NCBI GenBank assembly: GCA_052279835.1
Contig: CP181291.1
Coordinates: 2,816,001-2,880,000, forward strand
Source: Microcoleus sp.
Lineage (GTDB): Bacteria; Cyanobacteriota; Cyanobacteriia; Cyanobacteriales; Microcoleaceae
DNA length: 64,000 nt
Direction: 5' to 3'
The translations under genes were made by a program, and so were the position numbers. This document shows positions 29,253 through 39,533 of the stretch, piece by piece. The notes under the pieces are model-generated. The model saw only the letters and a list, made by a program, of their open reading frames with translations. It ran no database searches and was not told the DNA's origin. Every line of letters starts with the position of its first letter. The first letter of the stretch is position 1.

Positions 29253-30836
29253 TTGTATCAAAACTTGGTAGTAATAACTTCAGTCCTTTTTTATCCAGCT
29301 TTGGACCTAGGACTAAAGTCCTTACTACTAAAATACCCCATTTTTTCTCAGTTAAAAGTGAATACAATCCCCGAAGAATTGTTGATAAGCATTTCTCAAG
29401 TCTTTACATCTACTCTCTTTCAAATCGGCGATAATCCCGTCTCTCTACGGTCACTGATAGAATTGATTATATCATTTATAATCGTTTTAATCATTTCCCA
29501 AGGATTTACAACTTTTCTCAAAGAAAGGTTGCTCTTAAAACTGGGAATAGACGAAGGCAACCGGGAAGCAATTTCCGTAATTATTCGCTATTTGATCGTA
29601 GCTTTTGGCGTGGTTATTTCGATCCAAGGAATCGGATTTAACCTCGCTTCCTTTGCTGTGGTTGCGGGTGGATTGGGAGTGGGTATTGGCTTCGGAATTC
29701 AGGATTTGACAACCAACTTTGTCAGCGGGCTGACGTTGCTTTTAGACAGACCTGTCAAAGTCGGAGACTTCGTGGAATTAGAAGGATTGATGGGAATAGT
29801 CAAAAAAATATCTATTCGCTCGACTATTATCAAAACTAATGACGACTCCAGCGTCATAGTTCCCAATAGTAAGATGATTAGCAACAAAATTGTTAACTGG
29901 AGCTACCAAAATCCGCTACTTTGTCTGCGACTCTCCATAGAAGTATCGGAGAATAGCGACCCGCTGTTAGTTACAGAAACTCTGTTAGAGATTGCTTACG
30001 CTGAAGCAGGTGTTTTGTACGAACCAAATCCGAAGGTATTCTTTGTTGAGTTTGGGGATGATTGCTTTAAATTTGAACTTTTAGTTTGGACTGACAGACC
30101 AACGGATCGAGAAGTAATTAAAAGTTCTTTAAATTTTGCCATTGAGTACAATTTCCGTCAGCGGGCAATCGATTTTCCGTCCAATGACAGAGATTTATAT
30201 TTAAAAAATCCTGAATTTATTTTATCGCTATTCCACAAAAATGAAACTGTAAATAACCAAAATATTTTTTCGCAAAATAGTGCAAAGAGTCCTATTTTTC
30301 CCAAGGGCATAAAAAAGCCTTCATCCCTTAGCGGTTTGCTGCGAGAAGTGACATATTTTGAACATCTCACCGATATTGAATTGCGACAATTGATTGAAGT
30401 TGGATACCGCCAGCGTCTACGCCCACAAGAATTTTTGTTCCGGGAAAACGACCCAGGAGATGCTTTTTATATGATTCTTTCTGGATCAGTGGAGGTTTTT
30501 GTGGAAGCAATTGATAAACACTTAAATAATCTGGATACTGGCAAGTTTTTTGGGGAACTTTCTTTGATGTTAGGAATCCCTAGAACTGCTTCGGTGAGGG
30601 CTTTGGAAGAAACTATTTTGTTTGCGATCAATAAAGAAGGTTTCCAAAAGGTTTTAACGGAACGACCGGATTTATACGAACAAATTATTCAAGAAATAGT
30701 CAAACATAAGGAAGAATTAAGTCAAAGACAGCAGGAACTGCGAGAAATGCAACTGGTAGATGCAGCAGAAGATGATGAAAATCCCGTAGATTGGGTAAGG
30801 AAACGGCTGAAAAATATATTTAATGTTGGATTTTAA
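29253..30836 (+). CDS. MscS mechanosensitive channel with C-terminal cNMP-binding domain
   Basis: GVGIGFGIQD..NFVSG, IVPNS, FFGELSL..PRTASV; true start may be GTG 29358. Confidence 0.9.
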   Translation: MYQNLVVITSVLFYPALDLGLKSLLLKYPIFSQLKVNTIPEELLISISQVFTSTLFQIGDNPVSLRSLIELIISFIIVLIISQGFTTFLKERLLLKLGIDEGNREAISVIIRYLIVAFGVVISIQGIGFNLASFAVVAGGLGVGIGFGIQDLTTNFVSGLTLLLDRPVKVGDFVELEGLMGIVKKISIRSTIIKTNDDSSVIVPNSKMISNKIVNWSYQNPLLCLRLSIEVSENSDPLLVTETLLEIAYAEAGVLYEPNPKVFFVEFGDDCFKFELLVWTDRPTDREVIKSSLNFAIEYNFRQRAIDFPSNDRDLYLKNPEFILSLFHKNETVNNQNIFSQNSAKSPIFPKGIKKPSSLSGLLREVTYFEHLTDIELRQLIEVGYRQRLRPQEFLFRENDPGDAFYMILSGSVEVFVEAIDKHLNNLDTGKFFGELSLMLGIPRTASVRALEETILFAINKEGFQKVLTERPDLYEQIIQEIVKHKEELSQRQQELREMQLVDAAEDDENPVDWVRKRLKNIFNVGF

Positions 30837-30879
30837 CATTATAGCCTTTGGAGTGAAAGATGAGGTAAGAGCGAGAATA

Positions 30880-31353
30880 GGTAATAGGTAATGGGTAATG
30901 GGTAATTGGTAATTGATAATTGGTAATGGGTAATTGATAATTGATAATTGGTAAGGGGTAATTAATAATGGGTAATTGATAATTGGTAATTGATAATTGA
31001 TAATTGATAATTGGTAATTGGTAATTGATAATTGGTAATTGATAATTGGTAATTGATAATTGATAATTGGTAATTGATAATTGGTAAAGCCCTATACTTC
31101 GACAACGCGATCGCACAAGTACCCCATTACCGATTACCGATTACCGATTACCGATTACCGATTACCGATTACCGATTACCGATTACCGATTATATCGTTT
31201 CCGGCTGCATCGGAATGATTTAACCACAGAGAACGCAGAGAACACAGAGGGAGATAAGAGAGATGAATAATTCCGATGTTACCGGATTTGATATTACCCA
31301 TTACCCATTACCGATTACCGATTACCGATTACCCATTACCGATTACCCATTAC
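30880..31353. repeat. Heptamer tandem repeats in opposite orientations: (TAATTGG/A)n and (CCGATTA/CCCATTA)n
   Basis: Arrays at 30880-31086, 31123-31192 and 31294-31353; a MITE (31192-31294, ATATC..GATAT ends) interrupts the second array. Confidence 0.92.
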
Positions 31354-31377
31354 CTAACCTATCGGGTATCTCAAGTT

Positions 31378-31992
31378 CTACAAATTTGATGGCGATCGCA
31401 AAATCAACTGCATCAAGCCCTCGATCAGTCGATCGCGCTCCATTGGTATAATTTCTTGGCCGTGCATCATATGCTGCGTTAACTGGAAATACACCAAAGA
31501 TCCAATAAAAATCCGCGCTGTGGCTTCAGGATCGGCTAATTGCAACTCCGGGCGAGATGCCAAATATTGAGTAAGTCGCTCAATCCCCGGTTTCGCTAGG
31601 TTTTTCACAAATATCTGCGCTAGCTGGGGAAAACGCCCTGATTCAGCAATCACTAACCTCACGAAGGTGAGAAAATGAGGTTCGTGAGTGGCTTGATCTA
31701 GTAAAGTGGTAGCAATGAATCGCAGGGCGATCGCCGGTTCAGTTTCAGGTACCGGAAAATAAACTAACTTTTCTGCCGCTAGCCGTTGAATCAAGGCCGC
31801 AAACAATCCCTCTTTGTCTTGAAAATAGCTGTAAACCGTGGCTTTGGAAACTCCCCCCGTCTTCGCTACCTTGTCCATACTCGTGCCCGCATAGCCGTGG
31901 GTTAAAAATTCTTGCATCGCACCTTGGAGGATTTGCTCGCTTTTGTCACCTCCTGTGCTTGCGTCTGGTTCCATCGGTTTTGTCTTTGCCAT
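31378..31992 (-). CDS. TetR family regulator
   Basis: GYAGTSMDKVAKTGGVSKATVYSYFQDKEGLF HTH. Confidence 0.93.
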   Translation of the reverse strand: MAKTKPMEPDASTGGDKSEQILQGAMQEFLTHGYAGTSMDKVAKTGGVSKATVYSYFQDKEGLFAALIQRLAAEKLVYFPVPETEPAIALRFIATTLLDQATHEPHFLTFVRLVIAESGRFPQLAQIFVKNLAKPGIERLTQYLASRPELQLADPEATARIFIGSLVYFQLTQHMMHGQEIIPMERDRLIEGLMQLILRSPSNL

Positions 31993-32022
31993 TGTTGGTT
32001 TTTGTAATTTTTGCTTGGGCTC

Positions 32023-32081
32023 TTGACATTATTATACTGAACGGTTTAGTCTTAAAACATATAAGAACTAAACCGTTTAGT
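32023..32081 (+). promoter_or_regulatory. devB promoter with two putative TetR operators
   Basis: TTGACA at 32023, TAGTCT at 32047; near-palindromes ACTGAACGGTTTAGT (32036-32050) and ACTAAACCGTTTAGT (32067-32081). Confidence 0.7.
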
Positions 32082-32108
32082 TTTGTACCCTAAAAAAAGA
32101 GGTGTGTC

Positions 32109-33530
32109 ATGGTACATCAACCAACCGCAGACAGCTTATCCTCAAATCCATCTCTAGTTAAGCAACTGCTAATAGTGGCCGCCTTCGCCACTCTGGCGGC
32201 TGGGGGAACGACAGGTTACACGATGTGGCGATCGCGCCAACCCGATCCCAATGCAGTAGCAGCGACAGCAGCGGCAACAGCAGCGCAATTAAGCACAGTG
32301 ACAGCCTTGGGGCGACTGGAACCCAAAGGAGAAGTAATAAAAGTCTCTGCTTCGGGTACCGCCGAAGGAAACCGGATCGATCGACTCTTAGTTAAAGAGG
32401 GAGACAGGGTGAAAACAGGAGAAACGATCGCCATTCTCGACAGTCGCGATCGTCTGCAAGCAGCCTACGACCAAGCTCAAGAACAAGTGCGCGTCGCCCA
32501 GGCAAATCTAGCAAAAGTCAAAGCAGGAGCCAAAAACGGCGAAATCCAAGCCCAGAAAGCCACCATTGGCCGTTTAGAAGCCGATCGCACCAACGAAATC
32601 ACAGCGCAACAGGCGATCGTCGCCCGCACATCCGTCGATCGCAGTACCGAAATAGCAGCGCAACAAGCCACCATTGCGCGGATCAGGGCGGAACAGCTTG
32701 GGGAAATTCAAACCCAAAAAGCCACGATTTCCCGTCTAGAAGCCGAACTTCGTAACGCCACAAGTGAAGAGAGGCGCTACTGGCAACTATACCAAGAAGG
32801 AGCCATCTCCGCTTCCACCAGCGACAGCAAAAAACTCGCCACCGAAACAGCCCAACAACAACTAAACGAAGCCCAAGCCAAACTCAGCCAAATTCAGCAA
32901 TCTCGACAACAACAGATTAACGAAGCCCAAGCCAAACTCAGCCAAATTCAACAATCCCGCCAACAACAAATCAACGAAGCCCAAGCTAAACTCAGCCAAA
33001 TTCAGGAATCTCGCCAACAGCAAATTAATGAAGCTGTAGCAAATCTCGATCGCATTTCCGAAGTTCGCCCCGTAGACGTGGAAGTCGCCAGCGCCGAAGT
33101 TAGTTCCGCCACGAAGGCCGCCAAACAAGCCAAAGCGAATCTAGCTCTAGCTTACATCCGCTCTCCCAGAGACGCGCAAGTCCTGAAAATTCACACATAT
33201 CCAGGGGAAAAAGTGGGGAATGACGGGATTGTTGAACTCGGACAAACTCGCGAGATGTTGGCTGTGGCTGAAATCTACCAAAGCGATGTGGATAAGATAC
33301 GAATTGGACAGCCGGCTAAAATTACTAGCGATTCTTTCCAGGGCCAATTGCAGGGAACTGTTGAACATATCGGCTTACAAGTGCAGCGGCAAAACATTGT
33401 TAATACCGATCCTTCTGCGAATATTGATGCTCGAATTGTGGAAGTGAAAGTGCGTTTGGATGCAGTTTCTAGTCGGAAAGTCGCTGGATTGACTAATTTA
33501 CAAGTTAAGGTGGCGATCGGCGGAAATTAA
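32109..33530 (+). CDS. devB: DevB family membrane fusion protein
   Basis: VTALGRLEPKGEV, long coiled coil, DARIVEVKVRL. Confidence 0.9.
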   Translation: MVHQPTADSLSSNPSLVKQLLIVAAFATLAAGGTTGYTMWRSRQPDPNAVAATAAATAAQLSTVTALGRLEPKGEVIKVSASGTAEGNRIDRLLVKEGDRVKTGETIAILDSRDRLQAAYDQAQEQVRVAQANLAKVKAGAKNGEIQAQKATIGRLEADRTNEITAQQAIVARTSVDRSTEIAAQQATIARIRAEQLGEIQTQKATISRLEAELRNATSEERRYWQLYQEGAISASTSDSKKLATETAQQQLNEAQAKLSQIQQSRQQQINEAQAKLSQIQQSRQQQINEAQAKLSQIQESRQQQINEAVANLDRISEVRPVDVEVASAEVSSATKAAKQAKANLALAYIRSPRDAQVLKIHTYPGEKVGNDGIVELGQTREMLAVAEIYQSDVDKIRIGQPAKITSDSFQGQLQGTVEHIGLQVQRQNIVNTDPSANIDARIVEVKVRLDAVSSRKVAGLTNLQVKVAIGGN

Positions 33531-33634
33531 GGATTAAGAAGTTTTTAACCGCAGAGAGCGCAGAGGACACAGAGGAAGAGAATAGAGAGTTGCTTTCTTC
33601 AATCCAAAATCTACAATCTAAAATCCACAATCCT

Positions 33635-34819
33635 ATGCTTGGACTAATCAAACCATTACAACAGTTAAGAAACAGAACTCCTCTCGGATGGCTGCAACTG
33701 AGTCATGACAAAGGGCGCATGGCTGTAGCTATAGCGGGAATTGCTTTTGCTGACATTTTGATGTTCATGCAGTTGGGCTTCCAAAATGCGCTCTACAGCA
33801 GCAATACGCGCCTGCACCAAATTTTGCAAACCGATTTAGTTTTGGTCAGTCCCCAAGGTCGTAATTTGCTGAATTTGTCTTCTTTCCCCAGGCGCAGATT
33901 ATATCAGGCTATGAATGTACCGGGCGTGCGATCGGCCGATCCACTTTATGTCAAACTTGCTAACTGGAAAGTCCCGGCCACAGGTCGCGAAACGTCTATT
34001 ATGGTGGTGGGCTTCGATCCCGATCGCCCTGCTTTTTCCCTGCCGGAAGTCAACCAAAACTTGAACTCGATTAAATTGCCGGATACGGTGTTATTTGACC
34101 GAGCTTCCAGGGGAGACTATCAAGATGCGATCGCCCAAATCAATCAGGGAAAAATTGTGAAAACTGAGATCGATCGACGCACGATTACGATCGAGGGCTT
34201 ATTTAGCATTGGAGCATCTTTTGCAGCCGATGGAGCTTTAATCACCAGCGATCAAAATTACCTACGCTTGTTTCCCAAACAAAATGCCGGGAGTGTTAAT
34301 GCCGGATTAATTCAATTGCAAACCGGTGCCGATCCAGTACAAGTTCAACAAGTTTTAACAGCATATTTGCCACCGGATGTCAAGGTATTGACCAAAGCAG
34401 AATTTATAGAATTCGAGAAAAATTATTGGGCTAAAAATACTGCTGTCGGCTTTGTATTTAACTTAGGTGTCGCCATGGGTTTTGTAGTTGGTGTCATTAT
34501 TGTTTATCAAGTTCTCTCCACCGATGTCAGCGACCACATGGCAGAATACGCTACTTTTAAAGCAATGGGATACCGCAATATTTACTTGCTCGGCATTGTT
34601 TTTGAAGAAGCTATAATTCTTTCAATCATCGGTTTTTTACCTGGTCTAGGAGTCTCTTTAGGTCTCTACTCTTTAACTCGTAAAGCAACAAATCTACCCA
34701 TCTATATGACCCTAATCAGGGCAATTACAGTATTAATTTTAAACACGGTCATGTGCAGTATTTCAGGAACTATTGCCACTCGCAAACTGCAAGCAGCAGA
34801 CCCCGCAGACATTTTTTAA
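33635..34819 (+). CDS. devC: DevC family ABC permease
   Basis: TPLGWLQL, AGIAFADILMFMQLGF, EYATFKAMGY, ADPADIF. Confidence 0.92.
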   Translation: MLGLIKPLQQLRNRTPLGWLQLSHDKGRMAVAIAGIAFADILMFMQLGFQNALYSSNTRLHQILQTDLVLVSPQGRNLLNLSSFPRRRLYQAMNVPGVRSADPLYVKLANWKVPATGRETSIMVVGFDPDRPAFSLPEVNQNLNSIKLPDTVLFDRASRGDYQDAIAQINQGKIVKTEIDRRTITIEGLFSIGASFAADGALITSDQNYLRLFPKQNAGSVNAGLIQLQTGADPVQVQQVLTAYLPPDVKVLTKAEFIEFEKNYWAKNTAVGFVFNLGVAMGFVVGVIIVYQVLSTDVSDHMAEYATFKAMGYRNIYLLGIVFEEAIILSIIGFLPGLGVSLGLYSLTRKATNLPIYMTLIRAITVLILNTVMCSISGTIATRKLQAADPADIF

Positions 34820-34897
34820 TCTGCATTTCATCTCTCTCTGATATCTCTCTGTGTTCTCTGCGCCCTCTGTGGTTAAAAAAATCCAAATCTTTAACTT

Positions 34898-35614
34898 ATG
34901 AAATCCACTCTTGTCAACCGCACAACCAATAACTTACCCATTTCCGAACCTGTAATTTCCATGCACAAACTAGACCACTACTTCGGTCAAGGTCAACTGC
35001 AAAAACAGGTACTTTTTGATATTAACCTAGAAATCAATGCAGGTGAAATTGTCCTGATGACCGGGCCTTCAGGTTCTGGAAAAACCACCCTTTTAACCTT
35101 GATTGGCGGACTGCGTTCTGGTCAATCTGGCAGTCTCAAAATTCTCGGTCAAGAAATGTGCAATGCCAGCCCAGATAAATTGGTTAAGACGCGGCGCAAA
35201 ATTGGCTATATTTTTCAAGCGCACAACTTGCACCGCAGTTTGACCGCACTGCAAAACGTGCAAATGGGTTTGGAAGTTCACGGCAATTTGTCGCGTTCCG
35301 AAATGCGCGATCGCTCTGCAAAAATGCTAGAGTTAGTAGGACTGGAACAGCGGCTTAACTATTATCCAGATGACTTGTCAGGGGGACAGAAACAAAGAGT
35401 TGCGATCGCCCGTGCATTGGTGAGTCACCCGCAAATTGTGTTAGCTGACGAACCCACAGCCGCCCTGGACAGCAAATCTGGTCGCGAAGTGGTGAATTTG
35501 ATGCAGAAACTGGCCAAAGAGCAGGGTTGTACCATTCTGTTAGTTACTCACGATAACCGAATTTTGGATATAGCCGATCGCATTATTAACATGGAAGATG
35601 GAAAATTAGCATAA
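34898..35614 (+). CDS. devA: DevA family ABC ATPase
   Basis: GPSGSGKT, LSGGQKQR, LADEPTAALD, VTHD. Confidence 0.93.
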   Translation: MKSTLVNRTTNNLPISEPVISMHKLDHYFGQGQLQKQVLFDINLEINAGEIVLMTGPSGSGKTTLLTLIGGLRSGQSGSLKILGQEMCNASPDKLVKTRRKIGYIFQAHNLHRSLTALQNVQMGLEVHGNLSRSEMRDRSAKMLELVGLEQRLNYYPDDLSGGQKQRVAIARALVSHPQIVLADEPTAALDSKSGREVVNLMQKLAKEQGCTILLVTHDNRILDIADRIINMEDGKLA

Positions 35615-35615
35615 A

Positions 35616-35900
35616 TTGTTATTTGTTATTGGTTGTTTGTTGTTGGTTTGTTATTGGTTATTTGTTGTTGGTTTGTTATTGGTTGTTTGTTGTTGGCGCA
35701 TACCGCGATTAAAAACTCGCAGAGGCGAACGGTAGTATAAGTGGTTAGTTTTTGTTTGCTACTAACAACAAATAACCCATAACCCATAACAACTAACCCA
35801 TAACAAACAACCAATAACCAATAACAAGTAACAAATAACCAATAACCAATAACAAATAACAACTAACCCATAACAACTAACCCATAACCCATAACTAATT
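35616..35900. repeat. Heptamer tandem repeats in opposite orientations
   Basis: (TTGTTAT/TTGTTGG)n followed by (AACAAAT/AACCAAT/AACCCAT)n. Confidence 0.85.
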
Positions 35901-36896
35901 GGTAACAGCCAATTCTGGGCGATAAATCTCCAAATTTTGCTGATACATTGCTTCTAGTTTCGGCATCGAGGATTCCACAGAACCGCCAAAACGCCGAAAA
36001 GATGGCCAGATGTAAGCGAGTTTTCTGACTGCTGGTGTCAATCGACCCGCTTCTATATCTTCTAAGGCTCCTTTTTCTCGGATTAACTCTACAGCTACAA
36101 GGTCTTGATTTTCGGGGCTGAAATCCTTGATACCAAATTTTTTGGCGAACCTGTCCCAAGTGGTACTGAGAAACTGATATCGCCCTGCTGCATCGGAACA
36201 GAGTTTTTTACCGTAGCGGCGGCCGCACCTAATTTCTCTGGGATGATCTTGAAAGCTGACAAATTTAGTCCCTGTGTACTGGGTGCGGTAGCCATCGGGA
36301 GTAGCTGTACCTTCGGCGGTAGCAATCGTGTCCAGAAAGGCTTTGACTCGTCGATCGCGCCCGATGCTATCCTCTTGTTGGTCTGGTGAATTCCGCGTAG
36401 GTGTTTCCGGTGCCTCATCAGGCCCGCTGCTATTGTCTCCTGGGTTTGGTGAATCGATGGCCGTAACCGATGGGAGGCGTTTTGGGGTGGGCGAAGTCTC
36501 TGCCAAGATAGATTGTCCCCACAGTCGGGGTGTCATGCGACCGAAGAAAAAGCACAAACAGATTAAGAAACCCCAAGACAGTTGAAAACGCAGGGGTTTG
36601 AAGCGATGCCGGCCCACAACCGGCCACCCGTAAAGGGGGAGTGTGGCGGACAAAATTCCGGTTTGCTGGCCGAAGGCGAACAGCGATTTCACCGCTACCA
36701 ACGTTTGCTTGTACAGACGGGGTGCAAGTTTCCGAGCTCTCATGGCCGCGGCGAAAGTGTGGATATCTGCGAGACTAACTTGTGCCAGCGGTTTTTCTAC
36801 AAACGCTCTAAAATAATTGGCAGCCCGCCAGCTAAAGCGCCGATGGCGGGGGGATTGGCGCTTTACCCACAGACGAATTAGCTCCTGGTCGGACAT
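35895..36896 (-). CDS. Integrase-N (SAM-like) domain + TM + lambda-type lysozyme fusion
   Basis: N-terminal FRAFVEKPLAQVSLADIHTF...VKSLFAFG; hydrophobic WGFLICLCFFFG; C-terminal AFLDTIATAEGT, SDAAGRYQFLSTTW, FSPENQD, WPSF. Confidence 0.8.
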   Translation of the reverse strand: MSDQELIRLWVKRQSPRHRRFSWRAANYFRAFVEKPLAQVSLADIHTFAAAMRARKLAPRLYKQTLVAVKSLFAFGQQTGILSATLPLYGWPVVGRHRFKPLRFQLSWGFLICLCFFFGRMTPRLWGQSILAETSPTPKRLPSVTAIDSPNPGDNSSGPDEAPETPTRNSPDQQEDSIGRDRRVKAFLDTIATAEGTATPDGYRTQYTGTKFVSFQDHPREIRCGRRYGKKLCSDAAGRYQFLSTTWDRFAKKFGIKDFSPENQDLVAVELIREKGALEDIEAGRLTPAVRKLAYIWPSFRRFGGSVESSMPKLEAMYQQNLEIYRPELAVTN

Positions 36897-37257
36897 AGGG
36901 AGCAGATGGCTTCCCAGATGTTCTGGTGCGTACAAAAGTACCTCCTGATATCAGTTCTGGTTGAAATATCCCTGTCAATGGATTGGGGATTAGTTCGGCA
37001 GTGCAAATTGGGGGTGACGAAAACCTCTAATTTTTTGGTCATCACCGAATAGTAGGGACAGGGATCAAGATAAACAGGCTTCAACCATATCCAGTGATAC
37101 TACTAAGTGTTCGTTAGGTCAAGTTTATGGGTAAATTTGGCGATCGCCCTCAGTCGAAAATTTGGTGATGACCAAGGCCAGACTATCCCAACTGACATGG
37201 GTTTCAAGGTAGCCATCCATCGCATTTTTTCGGCTCTCATATCTTTGATATTAAGAA

Positions 37258-38175
37258 TTAAGAACTCTTGCGCTCAGAGTGTGGCGAGGATGGTCGCTCT
37301 TTGTTGTTGAGCAAATTTTGGCGTTTGGCCAGCATCAGGGAACCATATCGGTTAGCCCAAACTTGGGTAAACTCAGCACCTAAGAATAGTATCTGAGCCG
37401 AATAATTGATCCAAAGTAAGATAATCACGAAGGAGCCAGCAGCACCGTAGGTAGAGGCGACACCGCTACCCCCAAGGTAAATTCCAATTAGGGATTTGCC
37501 GATCGTAAACAACACGGAGGTGATAGCGGCACCGATCCAAACATCATTCCAAGCCAGATCGACATCGGGCAATAGTTTGTAAATTAAGGCAAACAACAGC
37601 GTGACTACACCAAAAGAAATGGCAAAGTCCACAATCTGCCAAATACCGACTGGTAAGTGTAGCAAGCCGTTCAACCAATAGCTGACTGCTGCTAAAAGAG
37701 CGCTAATTACCAAAGAGACTAGCAATAAAAAACCTATGCCTAAAATCATGGCAAAAGACAATACGCGGTCTTGCAAGAATCCCCAGATGCCTCGTCCGGG
37801 GGCTGGCTTAACATTCCAAATAGTATTGAGGGCTTCTTTGAGATTAGTAAAAACGTTGGAAGCACCCCACAACAAGGTAGCAACGCCGACTAACGTAGCA
37901 ATCATTCCCGATTTTGGTTCCGAGGCTTTGACGATCAACTCTTGGACAGTTTGGGCACCCTCTTTACCGATTAAACTTTGGAGTTGGCCGACGATTTGGC
38001 CTTGGGCTGCGTCGGCACCAAAGACTAAACCAGCGATCGCAATCACGATAATTAGCAGCGGAGCCAGAGAAAACACCGTGTAGTACGCTAGGGCTGCTGC
38101 TAGGGTGGGCGCTTTATCTTCTTGCCATTCAGTAAAAGTTTGTTTGAGTAGCGATAAGACTGTTTTTAAAGTCAC
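37258..38175 (-). CDS. YihY/BrkB family membrane protein
   Basis: AAALAYYTVFSLAP, ALNTIW, YGAAGS, WINYSAQILFLGAE. Confidence 0.92.
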   Translation of the reverse strand: MTLKTVLSLLKQTFTEWQEDKAPTLAAALAYYTVFSLAPLLIIVIAIAGLVFGADAAQGQIVGQLQSLIGKEGAQTVQELIVKASEPKSGMIATLVGVATLLWGASNVFTNLKEALNTIWNVKPAPGRGIWGFLQDRVLSFAMILGIGFLLLVSLVISALLAAVSYWLNGLLHLPVGIWQIVDFAISFGVVTLLFALIYKLLPDVDLAWNDVWIGAAITSVLFTIGKSLIGIYLGGSGVASTYGAAGSFVIILLWINYSAQILFLGAEFTQVWANRYGSLMLAKRQNLLNNKERPSSPHSERKSS

Positions 38176-38289
38176 GGCATTTAGTTTCCTTTACTTATCG
38201 TTGACAACCAGATTTTAAGATTGCAAGATTTTTTTAGCGTCGGCCACAAGATAGATTTAACCATTAGCCAAGTTTCCCAAATTACTGTA

Positions 38290-39396
38290 ATGTCAGATTC
38301 AAACACAATTGTTAACGATACCCCCAAAAGGGCAATCTCCTGGGCCAAAGTCAGCGCCTTGGTAGCACTGGTAAATTTCGGACTGGTAATGTTTCATTTC
38401 ACTTACCTTAAGTTGCGCCCTCTCTATCTGAGTTCCTTCCCCAGTTTAGTGAAAGCTTACGACCCTTTCAAAGGCATCGACCCAACTTTGCACAATTCCG
38501 AATACTTGAAAACCGCTGACGGGTTTTGGCGGATTGATGCCTTTTTTATCTGTTTTTTTGGGGTTGAGTTTTTAATCAAAACTCTTTTTCACCAACGCCG
38601 GAAACCGGGGGTAACTTGGTTGGATTTTGTACTGCGGCGCTGGTACGAAGTTTTTCTGCTACTTCCGATTTGGCAAGGGTGGCGGATTTTGCCCGTTTTG
38701 GTGCGCCTCCACAAGTCTGGTTTGGTCAATCTCGATCGCGCAGTTGCTCAAATCACCTACGAACCAGTGGCTTATTTAGCCGATACCATGTCGGAATACA
38801 TGATGGTGCGCTTTATCAATCAAGCCCAAAGTTCGATCGAACAAGGCGACGCAGCCCGCGTGCTGCTACAGCAGCAACCATACCTGCACGTCAACCAAGA
38901 AAACACGATCGAACAAATTACCAACCGGATTTTGGAACTGACAATTTACAAAGTTTTACCGCAAGTGCAACCCGGTTTAGAAGATTTGCTACACCACAAT
39001 TTAGAATCGACAATCAAACAGTCAGATTTTTATCAAATCCTACAAACCTTTTCGCCTGTTAATATCTTGCCGCCCGAAATAACTGAACAACTAGCAAACT
39101 ATCTAGCGAAAACAGCGGTAGATGTAGTAGCAAATACTTACGAAGATGATAAAGGTCGAAAAATTATCGATAATTTTAGTCAAGAATTCAATCAAAGTTT
39201 GCGACGAGAATTGCAGGATGAAAAAACACTAGGAGAATTGCAGTCGCTGCTGTCAGATTTGTTGGAAGAAGTAAAATTAAATTACATTCAAGGAGGCTTC
39301 AAAACAGATCCCGAAAAGACATTTACAGAAATTGAATCCCTGCGAGAAGTAACAGATAATTCCCAGGGGACTGCGGTTTTAAATGAAAACAGGTAA
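38290..39396 (+). CDS. Hypothetical membrane protein (ion-channel-like TM segments plus helical C-terminus)
   Basis: RIDAFFICFFGVEF, RRWYEV..LLP, RILPVLVRL. Confidence 0.75.
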   Translation: MSDSNTIVNDTPKRAISWAKVSALVALVNFGLVMFHFTYLKLRPLYLSSFPSLVKAYDPFKGIDPTLHNSEYLKTADGFWRIDAFFICFFGVEFLIKTLFHQRRKPGVTWLDFVLRRWYEVFLLLPIWQGWRILPVLVRLHKSGLVNLDRAVAQITYEPVAYLADTMSEYMMVRFINQAQSSIEQGDAARVLLQQQPYLHVNQENTIEQITNRILELTIYKVLPQVQPGLEDLLHHNLESTIKQSDFYQILQTFSPVNILPPEITEQLANYLAKTAVDVVANTYEDDKGRKIIDNFSQEFNQSLRRELQDEKTLGELQSLLSDLLEEVKLNYIQGGFKTDPEKTFTEIESLREVTDNSQGTAVLNENR

Positions 39397-39533
39397 GGGG
39401 TAATTGCTCAGGGGTAATCGGTAAAAAGTAGGTTAGGTGCGGATATCCGAAACAAGATGGGGGTCAACCAATTTAAATTATTAGCTAAAATCAAGGAATT
39501 AGCAGACAACCTTTATCATATTATCTATCTACT

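Noticed and set aside
30820..31451. ORFs 30820-31116 and 31263-31451 (ITNYQLP/TDYPLP repeats)
   Set aside because: They are translations of heptamer tandem repeats, not plausible proteins
35626..36159. ORFs 35626-35862 and 35863-36159
   Set aside because: Repeat-derived, or overlapping the lysozyme gene in another frame
35895..36935. Prophage remnant
   Set aside because: No catalytic integrase, holin or structural genes nearby; the flanks are ordinary host genes
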